In this document: positions 42,581-54,768 of the stretch, one piece after another
Numbering within the stretch: position 1 is the first letter of the stretch
Layout of the letters: the number at the start of each line of letters is the position of its first letter
Source: Vicugna vicugna
Lineage: Eukaryota
Reading direction: 5' to 3'
NCBI GenBank assembly: GCA_013265495.1
Contig: MU057880.1
Coordinates: forward strand, 1,208,527 to 1,272,526
DNA: 64,000 bases
Position numbers and translations under genes: made by a program
The notes under the pieces: generated by a model
Seen by the model: the letters and a program-made list of their open reading frames with translations, nothing else
Told to the model about the DNA's origin: nothing
Database searches by the model: none

Positions 42581-44049
42581 CTAAGTTTATTCAGAAGTTC
42601 CAGTTTCCTACAAAGAAAAGGACCAAAACCCAAACAGCCAAGAACCAGATATTTTTCACAAGATAATTCAGAAAAGGCTTTTTTTGCACATAATCCACCT
42701 TCTTAGTTGCACAAAGTACACAGGAAAAAGCAACACCACGAGTCATTTTTATCACAGAAGGTAACCAGAGCCACACCCTGATACCATTCTGAAATCATAT
42801 TTTGCACATTGACCTTTTGGTTCATTCACTTCTCGATATAGGTCCTCTGGAATGGAATTGAAAATAATCCAGTCTTTTTCCCCCCGAACTGAATATGACA
42901 GTGATAATTTCTTATGGTTAAGTATTGAATAAAGTATATCTGAAATCACTTTTCCTTATTACTTTATCTTACAATGATAAATATTTACTTTAAAGGTGTT
43001 TCATTTTTTTCACATACTGTTCCTTATAGGTTCTTTGCAGAGAACTTTAAATGAGCAACTACCTACGATTTATGGTCTTTGGTATTATTAAAGATGGTTT
43101 AACCAAAACTAGGGGTAACTTCAAAAGTGATCAATAAATTGGAGTAAGAAAGGTATCTGTTTGAAACTTTGTGTGCTTTCTTAAAACAAAACATTTTAAC
43201 CCAAATCAGCTAAGCGAAACAAAACCTTTATAAACACATTGCTAAGAGAACGCCTAGCCCTGAGAATTAGCAATGTTAGTGAAAAGATGGCTTTACTGAC
43301 GAATATTGGCAGCCCTGTATCTCTCATATTTCACTGAAAGAACCATCTGGTGTGTTTATCAGAGATCAAAAGCTGCATTTTGACTGCTGGGAGAAAATTA
43401 ACCAGTGTTACTTAAAGTTGTTACCTGCAGGTAAATGAACATTATTGCATGCACCTCTGGTACATTTCAGAAACCATGTGACCTAATATCATCCTGGGTT
43501 GGCAAAGTTTACTACCTTTAAGGAACAGTCTTTTTAAATCAGTGACATTTTTGTGGAAAAGAAAAACAGTATCACGTTAGCACATTGGTCCCAATGCTTT
43601 CTAATGCAAACCTGTCTGGTCAACAAATCTCAAACTACTTCAAAATAACTTTTAAATTAATTTAGTATATTTTAGATTAAATTAGTTTTCTAGTGGCTAT
43701 TTTAAGTATCCACTGATACTTTATTAAACTATAGTTATTTATTTTTGTTCTAGTGCTTTTGTTTCATTGATGAGTATTTTTCCTCTAAACCTCTCCCAAC
43801 AATTTAAAGTTTTCCTCCAAATCTCCCCTAGCAATTTAAACTTCTCTGCAGACCTTTGTTGTTAGTATTTGGTGTGTTCTGATCAATATTGCTTGTTCCA
43901 CTTCGACGAAGATTCCGGTTTTAGTTTCATGTTAATTTCCTCAACTCTCCTGGCAAGCTCCCCTGGTGTCTTGGCTAAAATGAGCAGCGCTTGATTTTAC
44001 TTACTCTGAGCCTTGATTTTTACTTTATCTTATTTCATTTTCTAAATCA

Positions 44050-44470
44050 CGAGCATGCTTTGCAAAATCGTCCGAAGCTCCCGGCAAAGCTGCTGGCTTT
44101 CCCGGAGCCGCTGTACTCACTGCGCTGCCGGGGCTCAAACTCGCTCCTGCTCGGCGCCCGCCGCCTCCCCCGCGCCGGCGCCGAGCCTGCACCCGCCCCA
44201 CTCCCTCTGCGTTCAGCCCGGCCCGCCTGGACTTCTCGCGGGACAATTACCTGTGCTCGGGCAGGACTCTGGCACCCAGGACCCGGAGGCCTCGTTCCCA
44301 CGGCTCCCCGGGTGGCCCGGGCAACCGTGGCCTCCCGCGGAGACGACCACCTGCACGCCTGGGGGAGGGGAGGGCTGAGCCGGGCGCAGGCTGGAAACCA
44401 CCCTCCTGGCAGCTGGGCAGCCGCACCGTCACGTGACTTGTGTGAGGTCATCGGGCCGCTGTCAATCAAC
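44050..44470 (-). promoter_or_regulatory. TMEM144: CpG-island promoter and non-coding first exon(s) of TMEM144
   Basis: Dense CpG/GC island about 6 kb upstream of the ATG exon. GC box CCCGCCCC at 44192-44199. Minus-strand donors GCA|GTGAGT (exon end 44121) and CAG|GTAATT (exon end 44251). Confidence 0.85.
44428..44437. promoter_or_regulatory. Perfect GTCACGTGAC palindrome (CLEAR / MiT-TFE / USF E-box)
   Basis: Exact 10-bp match at the upstream edge of the CpG island. Confidence 0.7.
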
Positions 44471-45084
44471 CAGCAAACCAGAAAGGCTTTTGTGTGTTTT
44501 AGGAGGTGACTGTTGAGGGCACTCTGAGCCTGTCTCCCTCTCCACATGTCCCAGAGCTTGGTATGATGTGTACTGTTGACGGATAAAACAAAAGGCCAAA
44601 GAATTTCACACAATTGTTAAAGACTAACTAAAGCTGATTTTTTTTTTTTGCCGAATATCAAGAAAGTCATCTCAACCGCAGATGTTTACTAGCATCTCTT
44701 GTGACATCACAAGATTTCAGCTGTGATCACGAATCCTTTATAAACGCCCTCAGACCGTTTGTCTGTATATTTATCTGTATGTACTGAGAGCCACCTGAGA
44801 ACAGATCTAGGCTCTCAAGACTGCCCGGGGGAGGGTCTCCGTTCTGTTTCATTTTACAAATTCTAATACCTGGACCCCAGACCCATGGAAGTAGACTCTC
44901 CGGGGGGGTGGCTGGACTTGATTTCTTCTAAAACCTCCTCCAGGGGATTCTACTGTGAAGCCAGGATGGAAAATCACATTCTAGACCGAGTTGTCACATT
45001 TTATTGCTGGGAAGAATTCCCTGGAGGGTGGGTCAAGAAGCAGATATCTGACGTTTTGATTCAGATTTTGAGAAACATTGCTCT

Positions 45085-45235
45085 AACCCTCCACTGTCTG
45101 AAGTGTAGCCACCAGCTGCCTACAGCTATTTGCATTTAAATTAGGAAAAAAAATTCAGTAGTTCACTCATACTGGACGCGTGTGTGGATTACAGAACCAT
45201 TTCTATCATCACAGAAAGTTCTACGGACAGCGCGT
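45085..45235. mobile_element. MER33-like hAT element
   Basis: GTAGCCACCAGC...TTTCTATCATCACAGAAAGTTCTACGGACAGCGC. Confidence 0.6.
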
Positions 45236-46217
45236 GACCTAGACTGTCAGCCCTGGGAGTGCGGCAGTGACCGATGCAGACTCATCCTGCGGGTAGATTC
45301 CAGAGTAGCCAGGGACAGAGACATGGACAGAGAGGCTCAGAAAGAGGAAGTGCTGGGTTCTGTTCTCGTCTAAGAGTTCAAGGAAGGCCTCTCTGAGGAA
45401 GTAACGTTTAATTGAGACATTTCAGAGGCTAGTAATAGTGGCGCAGTTCCAAGAAGGAAGAAACATCCAAGGACTGTTCGCAGACAGGGGTGGCCCTGGA
45501 AGAAGTCCTGCTTTAACTACAGTCACATGCATGAACTACGATGTAACGTAAGCGGGTGGGAGGGTAAAGTAGCATGTCACTCAAAGAAGTTAAGAAGACA
45601 AGGCTTTTCACTTAGAGGAAAGGATTAACTTAGCAGTTCAGAAAAAGTTTAAAGAATCAAGTTCCACTTTCCACCTATACATAGTCACAGATAACGCACA
45701 TACACGAACTATCTGTCTTAAAAATATAGAGAGCCTAAAACAACCTAAAGTTGCTTCATTTTGTGATCACAAGGGATCTCAAGGAGTGATCATCTGGGTA
45801 GTTCTTGCTCCATGTTCACATTAAGAAATTGACATTCCCTTTGTGAATTTCCTAACGCCTAAGTGCGGACTGGAAGCTGAGTCGGGTGGGAGCACATTTC
45901 TTACGGAACATCCCAGTGCGATGCTTTTCACATCATGCTTCAGAGCCAACTGGAATATGGACAATCCTCTGCAGAAACTGAAACTTCTCTTTCAAGTTGT
46001 TCCCTATGCATTAACACCTTAGCAGAAGGGCTGTGCAAGAGTCCTGGCAGATTCTAGGAGATCTAAGTTAACTTCCCCCATTAGCCCTTTGTCTTTGGGA
46101 AAGTCATTAATCTGTCCTAATCTCAGTTTTCTTGGACATGAAATGTCTAGCTAGGGAGATCTGTGTCCCTCACCCTGTTGTGCAGTCCAAAGCTGTAAGG
46201 GATGTCAAATATCATTC

Positions 46218-49200
46218 TTAGGACTTCTGGTTGCCGCTCTGATGTTTGAAGTTCTTAGAAGTTGTCACTACTGTCATCACAACAGGGAAAAAAGCTGAAC
46301 CAACTGAAAATCAACAGTTCTTCTTACATCTGCCAGAGAAATTGAGGTCACAGGACAGATCACCTCCCTGAAAACTGAAGAAATAAGTAAATACAGACGA
46401 ACACAGCTACTTAGCCGCGGAAGCCGCTGGAGCCAGTGACAGGTGGGGGCCACTCACACAGTCGCTGGCGAGTCACCGGAGATTGAGGGTGGCCAAGCTG
46501 AGAGGTGCAAACTTGGGGGAGCAGGGCCCGATCCTGGGGCACCCACACTTTAATGATATATACTGGATATAATCTGAACCCTGTTAAACTTTATCTGAAC
46601 TTAGCCGCACTGTTTATGAAAATACCAGAACAAGTTGATGTTTGTGGTTTAGGGGAAAACTTATCTGTGTTGGGGGATTGTTGTGTGGGCGGGGGGGAAT
46701 AGAGTTGGGGGTTATGTTCCAATTTTTTCGTACATTTGAAACAGTCACAATAAATGAGTCCCCTTTATACTGTCTTTTCTCCATGAAAACAAAAACAAAA
46801 ACAAACAAACAAACAGAAAACCCACTTTAATGAGCTTTATCTGCAGAAGCCCCACCAGGTTCTTCCCACGTGAAGATCAGAGGAAACTCCCCTCTCCCAG
46901 CCGGCACGTGGAGGGAGGAATCACTCCTTCCGAAACACACCCAGAACTTTCTGTTCCGGAGACAAAGGCGGGCCCTCAGGAGGAACTTCTGTATCAGCGC
47001 GCTGTCTGACCTGGAGGGCGAGCAGCTACGCAGCCTGGACCTCTTCTAGCCTGCATCGCAGGAGGGGAGAAAGGACTTCTGCTTCCTGCTCTGACATTCG
47101 AAGATGTCAGAAATGGTCACTCTTGTCCACACAATGAGAAGGAAGCTGAAGAGCTATTCTGATGGCCCAGGCTTGCAAAAAATGGACGTTTAATCATGAG
47201 GTTAGGGCATGCCTCTCCCTTCCCAGCACCTTATGGCCATATTAAAAGTGCTCCAGTAAACCGCAGTGGGATGCAACTAAGAGAATTGCAAGACATGGAC
47301 ACTGTTCAAAAAGAAGTTTCTCAGAAAACCCAAAGACAAAACAAAGGACATTAGGGGACAGTAAAACCTCTGACACAGCAAACATGAAACACAGGCCAAC
47401 TCCTGGCCATATTAACACAAAACCTCACACTACAGACCTGTTCCCCTTAGCTCGTATTGTCGGATACATCATGGCGAGGTAAAGCACAGTCTGAAGAGAT
47501 AAAGCCAGTATCAGAACCAAGACTCCGATACAGTACAGGTTTTGGAATTATCAAACAGGGAATTTAAATTAATATGCTGAGAGCTCTATTGGAGAAAGTT
47601 TACAGCATGCAAGAACAGATGGGTAATTTAAGCAGAGAGACGAAAATCCTAAGAATCAAAAGGAAATGCTAGAAAACAAAAACACTGCAACAGAAATGAA
47701 GAATGCTTTTCACAGCTGAGAAATAATCGGTGAGCCGGAAGATATATTGATAGAAACATCCTACGTTTAAATGTAAAGAGAAAACAGAATTTTTTAAAAA
47801 CAGAACAATATTCAAAACCTCTGAAAAAATTGCAAAAAAATAGTAAAATATAAGGAATGAGAATCCCAGAAAGAAAAGAGAGAAAGGAGAAGAAATATTT
47901 GAAGTTAATAATGGCTGAGAATTTTCCAGAATGGATGATTGATACCAAACCAGAGACTCAGGAAGCTCAGAAAACACAAACAGGATAAATACAAAAATAT
48001 CTACATGTAGGTGTATCATATTCAAACTGCAGAAAATCAGACAAAGGAAAAATGTTGAAAAAAGCTGGAGGAAAAAATGTACCTTACCCAGTGGAACAAG
48101 AAAAAGATTACATCAGACTTTGCTTCAGAAACCATGCAAGGAAGAATGGAATGAAATATTTAGAGTGTTGAAAGGAAAGTCCACCAGCGCAGAATTGTGG
48201 CTCCAGTGTAAGTATCCTTTGAAGGTGAAGAGGAAATAGACTTTCTCAGGCAACGAAAGCCGAGGAAAGTTTTCACCAATAGACCTGCCTTGGAAGAAAT
48301 GTGAAAAGAAGTTCTTTATAGAGAAGAAAAATGATATAGTCAGACGTTTGGATCCATGTGAAGAAAGGAAGAACATGAGAAAAGGTATAAATGAAAGTAA
48401 AAATAAGAGCTTTTATTTTTGTTCCTAATTGATCTAATAGAGAACTTCAGAATAATAATACTGATAACATATTGGGAGATGATAGTTTATGGGTGAGCGA
48501 AATGAGTGACAGCCATGACGTAAGGGGCGGGAGGCAGGAATTGGGAACAGTTCATTATAAGGAGCCTGCCTGACCCATGAAGAGATGTATTGTTATTTGA
48601 AAGTGGGTTTAGATGAACTGTAAATGTGTCCTGCAAATTCTAGGGTGACTCTTAGAACATTTTTTTAAAAGTATAATTAACCTGGTAAGAGAGGAGAGAA
48701 AACGAAATCTCATAAATGCTCAGTTAAAACCAGAGAAAGCAGAAAAAGGAAGACAAAAAAGAAAACACAGAAGAAGGGCAACAAATAGGAGAAAAGTATA
48801 TGGTAGATATTAACCCACCTCTGTCAATAATCTCTTTAATGCAGATTGTCTAAATACACCAATTAAAAGAGAAAGACTGACAGAGTGAATAAAATATAAG
48901 ACCCGGATTACATGCTGTTCATAAGAAACCCACTTTAATTATAAAGACACGGATTAAAAGGATTGGAGAAAGTTGTACTGTGCTAACGCTGACCAGAAGA
49001 AAGCCAGGATAGCCATTTTCATTTCAGACAAAGCGGACTTCAGAACGAGGAAGTTAATGTTCAGGGATCTGTAATGATAAAGGGGCCAACTCACCAGGAA
49101 GACATGGTAACCCTGTGTGTGCACCTCACAGCAGAGTGGCGAAGTGCACGGGGAAGAGCCAGATAACCCTGTAAGGAGAAAGAGATACATATGCACTTTT

Positions 49201-49892
49201 ATAGCCGGAGTCGTCAGCACCCCCTCAGTTTGTAATTGGCAGATCCAGCAGGTGTAAACTCAGTGAGGATATAGTCGAACTGATCAGCGTCATCATCATC
49301 TGGATCTAACTGACAGCTGTGTATTTCATCCAACCACAGGGGACGACATACAGAGCACTGCGTCACATCGCAGCTCTCCAAGATCACGTAGACCATTAAC
49401 CAGGAGAGGCTACGTTCTAGGCTGTGCAAAGCATCTTCACACATTTAAGAGAATAGATATCATACAAAGCATGCTCGCAGACCACTAGAAATTAAACTAG
49501 AAATCAATAACAGAAAGATAGCTGGAAAAAAAAAAACCCCAAATACTGGAAATTGCACAGCACACCTCTAAATAACTCATGAATCAAAGAAAGATGCTCA
49601 AAATGAGATTTATGTCAAGCTAAATGAAAATCAAAATACTGCTTATCAAACATATGGGATGCAGCAAAAGCAGTGCATGGAGGGAAATATATAGCATATA
49701 ATAAATTTATTAGAAAAGATATCTAAAATCAATAATCTAAGTGTCCATATTAGAACACTGGAAACCAAAGAGCACATTAAATCCACAGTAAGCAGAAGGA
49801 AAAAAAGGTTAAAGTAGAAATCAATGAAATTGAAAACAGGAATGTAATAGAGAAAGTAAAGGAAACAGCTGTTTATTTGAAAAGATCAATAT
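46218..49892 (+). mobile_element. Ancient L1 (L1MC/L1MD-type): 5' UTR with two related monomers, decayed ORF1 (about 47480-48400) and ORF2 endonuclease region (about 48800-49890)
   Basis: Monomer GGACTTCTG...GCTCTGA...AAGCTGAA at about 46221 and 47073; ORF1-like GCTGAGAATTTTCCAGAAT and CATATTCAAACTGCAGAAA; ORF2-like ATTAAACTAGAAATCAATAACAGAAAG. Confidence 0.85.
46557..46822 (+). pseudogene. Retroposed 3' end of an unidentified polyadenylated transcript
   Basis: AATAAA at 46749-46754, decayed A tail at 46786-46820, 11-bp TSD CACTTTAATGA (46546-46556, 46823-46833). It interrupts an L1 5' UTR. Confidence 0.7.
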
Positions 49893-50799
49893 TCACAAAG
49901 TAAGTTTCTAAGATTTTTATTAGGATTGCACTCAAACTACAGATGAAGTTCAGGAGAAGTGACATTATAACAATATTTTCTTCTATCCATGTGTTCTACT
50001 CCCAACTTTGAGGATTCCATGTATCATGAGAAATTATGAACTGTGTGCAGGCAAGAAAAAACCCCTATTGTTCATTAGCTAATGTCATCATTCACTGTAG
50101 TGTTTAAAACAAAATAAATAAAAATAAGAGACCTCTCCCTGTGTTCTTTGGAAAAGAAGATGTCAACTTAACACAAATACTTTCAAGAAGAGTTTATCAT
50201 ATGAAAGCAAACAAATTTTCCAGAATAACCTGACATTAGAAAAAATATGCTGTGACACTGACAAATGATAGAACAGAATGTTAAAAATAAATGTGCCTGT
50301 CCTGATCCAAAGCTAGTTTTTCATGTGACATATTTCACAATGAAGTTTCCCTCAGTGAATAATAAAACTATTACCTTATGTTGACTTTTTAGAATAGGGT
50401 TCATGAGAAATTAAATCTTTCTTCCTAAGAAATTTGCAAGTCTCTGATACACTGAACCAATGATCGTTTTAAGCACCCATTCTGAGTTTAGGAAAACACT
50501 AACCCTATTCACTTCTTTCTTTTTATTTATTTATGTTAAGTTCCTGAAGTCTTTAAGGCAGTGTAGAATGAGAACACAGTGAAATAATGGGAATAAAGGA
50601 TAAAAAATAGAGAACTTATAAAGAAGAGAGAAAAATCAAGATGAAACAAAGCAAAGATGCGGATTCTAAGGACACGTATAGTCACTGTACGTACCAGCAG
50701 TCAATTTCAGAGACAGCTTTATAAAGCAGGTGCAGGTCCCAAAGGCCTACGTTTGAGGCATCTTCAAAGGTACTATGAGTTGGGTATCCTTGCATCCTT

Positions 50800-51290
50800 G
50801 ACAGTCATGCATTCATCTGACAATAAACTGGACAGCGTTCTAGACGTTGGGGACAGTCAGCCATCCCTGCACCGACTCAGCTCTCAACTGCCAAGGGCAG
50901 AGACCACGCATAATATAATGGTATAGTAAACAGCACTGTCATTAAGGAAGAAAAGTAAGGAAGGAACATGGGGAACAGGTGTGTGTGTGGTGGTGGGGGA
51001 GCCGGCTGTTTGGAAGGGTCATCAGGGAAGGCTTCCTGGAGAGGGAGACATGGAGAGAAGGCCTGAAAGCTGGGGGGAGGGGTGAGCATGGTGAGGACAG
51101 AGGCCCTGAGGCTCATCCTCAGGAAGGCAGGGAGGCCTTTGTGGGCGGAACGGGGCTCTGAGAAGGGGAAAGACAGAAGATGAAGTCAGAGAGAAGGTAG
51201 GGAGTGGACAGAGTGGGAGAGGATTTAGGAGGCCTCCAGGGGGCTCTGGCTTTTCCTTGGAGGAAAGTGGGGAGCAGCAGAAGTCCTGTG
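50800..51290 (+). mobile_element. L2 remnant
   Basis: GGGTCATCAGGGAAGGCTTCCTGGAGAGGGAGAC...GAAGGCCTGAA...GATGAAGTCAGAGAG. Confidence 0.7.
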
Positions 51291-51299
51291 ATCACAGAA

Positions 51300-51797
51300 T
51301 ATGTACCACTTATCTATGGCTGTGTAACAAATGATCCCCAGTTACAGTGGCATAGGGAACACTAGACACTCATTCTCTCAGTTTCTGTGGGCTGAGAATT
51401 CCGAAGCATCTAGGGTGGGGCTCTCCCTTAGAGTCTCTCCCAAAGCTGCAGCAAGACACTGGCTGTGGTTCCAGGCATCTGAAGGTGTGCAAGGGCCTAG
51501 GGGCTTACTCACAGGAAGAGCACCTTGGCCCCGGCTGCTGGCGGGAGACTTGAGTTTCTCTTCATGGGCCCCATCCTAGGACTGCATGGGTGTTCTCATG
51601 ACACCGTGTGACTTCCCCAGAGTGAGAAACCCAAGAAGGTGGAGGCTCCATTGTCTTTTATGACCTGGCCTCTGAAGTCACACACCACGGCTTCTGCAGA
51701 ATTCTCTTGGTTGCCCAGTTCCAGAAGGGACCATGTCACAGCATGGATACTAGGCGCTGAGGATCACCGGGGGCTGCCTTGGAGGCGGACTGCCAGG
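51300..51797 (-). mobile_element. MaLR (MLT1) LTR
   Basis: TATCTATGGCTGTGTAACAAATGATCCCCA...CTCAGTTTCTGTGGGCTGAGAATTC...TTGGAGGCGGACTGCCA. Confidence 0.8.
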
Positions 51798-52020
51798 GAC
51801 AAGAAAGGAGAGAATTCCTAGGAGAGTGTCCTTGCATGAGCCAAGCAGGTGCAAAGCAGAAGAGGTGGCCTTGTTGGCTGCACAGAGAAGTCACGGACAG
51901 TGCATGCAGGTGCAGCTGCAGGGGGATGGGAGATAGGGTGCTGTGCATGTTCCCTTCTGATTTTCTCTTGCTTCTCCATGAGATAGAAAACCAGGTCACA
52001 GATGAAGAAGGAGGGCTGGG

Positions 52021-52337
52021 TTCCACATGTAAGTGATATCACACGGCATTTGTCTTTCTCTTTCTGGCTTACTTCACTTAGAGTGATGATCTCCAGGTCC
52101 ATCCATGGGTGAAGGGGCTGGGAAGGGCTACATTGGGAGTTCAAGACTAGCAGATAAACAACAAGTTTCTTCTGTACAGCACAGGGAACCATGTTCAATA
52201 TCTTGTAGTAACCTAGAACCAAAAAGAGTATGAAAATATATGTATGTATATGAATGACTGAAACATTATGCTGTACGCCAGAAACTGACACATTGTAAAC
52301 TGACTATACTTCAAAAAAAAAAAAAAAAAAAAAAAAA
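52021..52337 (+). mobile_element. Young L1 3' end with inverted 5' segment (twin priming) and A25 tail
   Basis: Antisense 52021-52107, sense 52108-52337. TSD GAAGAAGGAGGGCTGGG / GAAGAATGAGAACTGGG. Confidence 0.88.
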
Positions 52338-52785
52338 GAAGAATGAGAACTGGGGAGGAGGTTTTGGAAACTGATCAGTATTCCAAACTTTTCAGGATCT
52401 CTCAAGCAATACAGCAGTCGCTGCCACAAAGCCTTGCTGGGTCGTATTACTAAGGAGAAACCATCCCTTTTTGATCACTGTTGTATTATAAGAGGCACAG
52501 GCTGGGTTTTGGTAAAGTGGGAGAACACCAATTTTTTTTTTGATTTTATTTTAAAGACAGTGATTTTCTTCCTCTTTGGTTAAGAAATTTCTACGTTTAT
52601 ATAATGGAAATTTTCAAGCTATAAATGTCCTTGGGTTTGCAGTTAGGTTACTTTGTTACTTTTCCTTATGGAATGAGATAAAATACAGACAGTTAAGTAT
52701 GCTTAAAGGAGACATTTAAGATACAAGATACGGTCTTTTCCTAGTCTAGCCAGCCTAGACCACCAGCTACTAACCGTATAGCAGC

Positions 52786-53254
52786 TGCTGCCGAGTCCAA
52801 ACTCGTTCTGCTCACCGCACGACAGGCCAATAAATTGGGAGACCAGGTGTTGGGGCAAGGAATGGTGACTTTATTCGGAGAGCCGGCAGACCTAGAGGAT
52901 AGGGGACTAATGTCCTAGAGAACCATCTTCCTCAAGTCAGAATTCAGGCTCCTTTTATACTAAAAGGAGAGGGGTGAAGTCCTGGTTCTGGCCAGACTCT
53001 CGAGGGGAGGTGCTAACTTCTTCCTTCCTGCAGCCATTCCCAGGTGAGCCTGGTCAGGATGGTTCCTGTGAGCTCAACAAAGGTATTTTAGCTAAACGCT
53101 CTTATCTGGGAGGCAGGGTTCCCAGAGATGGGCCATTATGTGTAATTTAACTTATAGGTGACATCATTTTTAGTGACTAACAAGCGATAGAGTACAAAGG
53201 TTAACATAACAGGAACAGATCCAGCGTGGGGTCAGATTCGTCCTTCCTGTTACA
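52786..53254 (-). mobile_element. ERV1-class solo LTR (469 bp), same orientation as TMEM144
   Basis: TG...CA termini, 4-bp TSD CAGC, minus-strand TATAAAA (52953-52959) and AATAAA (52870-52875). Confidence 0.87.
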
Positions 53255-54029
53255 CAGCCGAGGCGGGCTTGCCGACTCACTGCCACGTCAGGGGCCGCGC
53301 ATCAAAGGACTGTGGGGAGTTTCGCCAAAGAAAGGGAAAGAGAGTGATTTGGGGATTTTTGCAAGAGTAGAGTTCAGGTGTGTTTGGCTGGGCTCCAAGA
53401 CAAGTAGGGTGGTGTGTGAAGGGGTCACCATCAGTGCTGGTCTGTGATGTGAACACACGGTTCTGTTTTCTTGGAAGCAAAGTTAAGACAGATGCCACAG
53501 TACGTGTCCAGGACCCGCTCCCTGGAGCTCTGCGTGTGGATGTACGGCAGGGTTGCTTCGCTGTGCCAGTGACTAAACTCCTCCAGACCAGGCCTGGGGA
53601 TTTTGTTCTTCTGAAATAGTTTCAGACAGAGGTGCTTCTAAGAGTCCGTGATTTCAGACAGTAAGATTTCTCAGTAGGAAATCAGTGGTCACTCCAAGAA
53701 TTGGGCTGTTACGACATTTTATGGCAGCACTGCTATCTACTGTTTGCTGATAAATTTTCTGATACATTCACACCTGGATTTCCTGGCAGCTGTGATTCGG
53801 GACTGATGAACGGCGAGGCAGGCAGTTACTTTCTCAGTCAAGCCAAGTTTTACTTTTTCATTCTATATCATTATAACCTACTACAGCTCAAAAAATGGAT
53901 GCACAAGTCCCTGTCCCTTCCTGGCTAATCTTGGTCCAGACACTGAAAGAGTTTGTACCCCATGTTTTTAATTTGCAATATAAGGAGGCTGAAAAATCCT
54001 CACCAGTCTGTGCATATTAAGTTAGACCT

Positions 54030-54768
54030 CTTTTATTATTCATTTATCATTGATGTAGAGTTGATTTACAATGTTGTGTTAGTTTCTGGTGTGCAGCATA
54101 GTGGTTCAGTTATACGTGCATATGACCTTTTTCATTACAAGTTATTATAAAATATTGAATATAGTTCCCTGTGCTGTACATTAGGACCTTGTTCATTGTA
54201 TATATAGTGGTGTGTATCTGTTAATCCCAAACTCCTAATTTACCCGCCCCCTTTCCCTTTTGGTAACTGCAAGTTTGTTTTCTAGGTCTGTGAGTCTGTT
54301 TCTGTTTGGTACCTAAATTCCTTTGTACTATTTTTTTTTAGATTCTACATATAGGTGGTATCATATGATATTTGTCTTGCTCTGTCTGACTTACTTCGCT
54401 TAGAATGATGATCTCCAGCTCCATCCGTGTTGCTGCAAATGGCATTATTTTATTCTTTCTTATGGATGAGTAGTGTTCCATGGTATAAATGTACCACAAC
54501 TTCTTTATCCAGTCGTCTGGATATTTAGGTTACGTCCACGTCTTGGGTATTGTGAATAGAGCTACTGTAACATTGGGGTGCAGGTGTCTTTTTGAATTAC
54601 AGTTCCCTCTGTATATATGCCCAGGAGTGGGATGGCTGGCTTATAGGGTAAATCTGTTTTTAGTTTTTACGGAGTCTCCATACCGTTTTCCACAGTGGCT
54701 GCACCAGTCTACACTCCCACCAACAGTGCTGGGGGGTCCTTTTCTCCACACCCTCTCCTGCATTTATC
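54030..54768 (-). mobile_element. 5'-truncated L1 3' end
   Basis: GTTGATTTACAATGTTGTGTTAGTTTCTGGTGTGCAGC...TTCCACAGTGGCTGCACCAGTCTACACTCCCACCAACAGTG. Confidence 0.92.

Noticed and set aside
43991..44613. Long overlapping ORFs (172 and 188 aa) on both strands
   Set aside because: Stop-poor GC-rich promoter DNA giving low-complexity Arg/Pro/Ala/Gly translations with no recognisable protein. The same applies to the ORF clusters at 5583-6017, 9455-10057 and 62500-63577.
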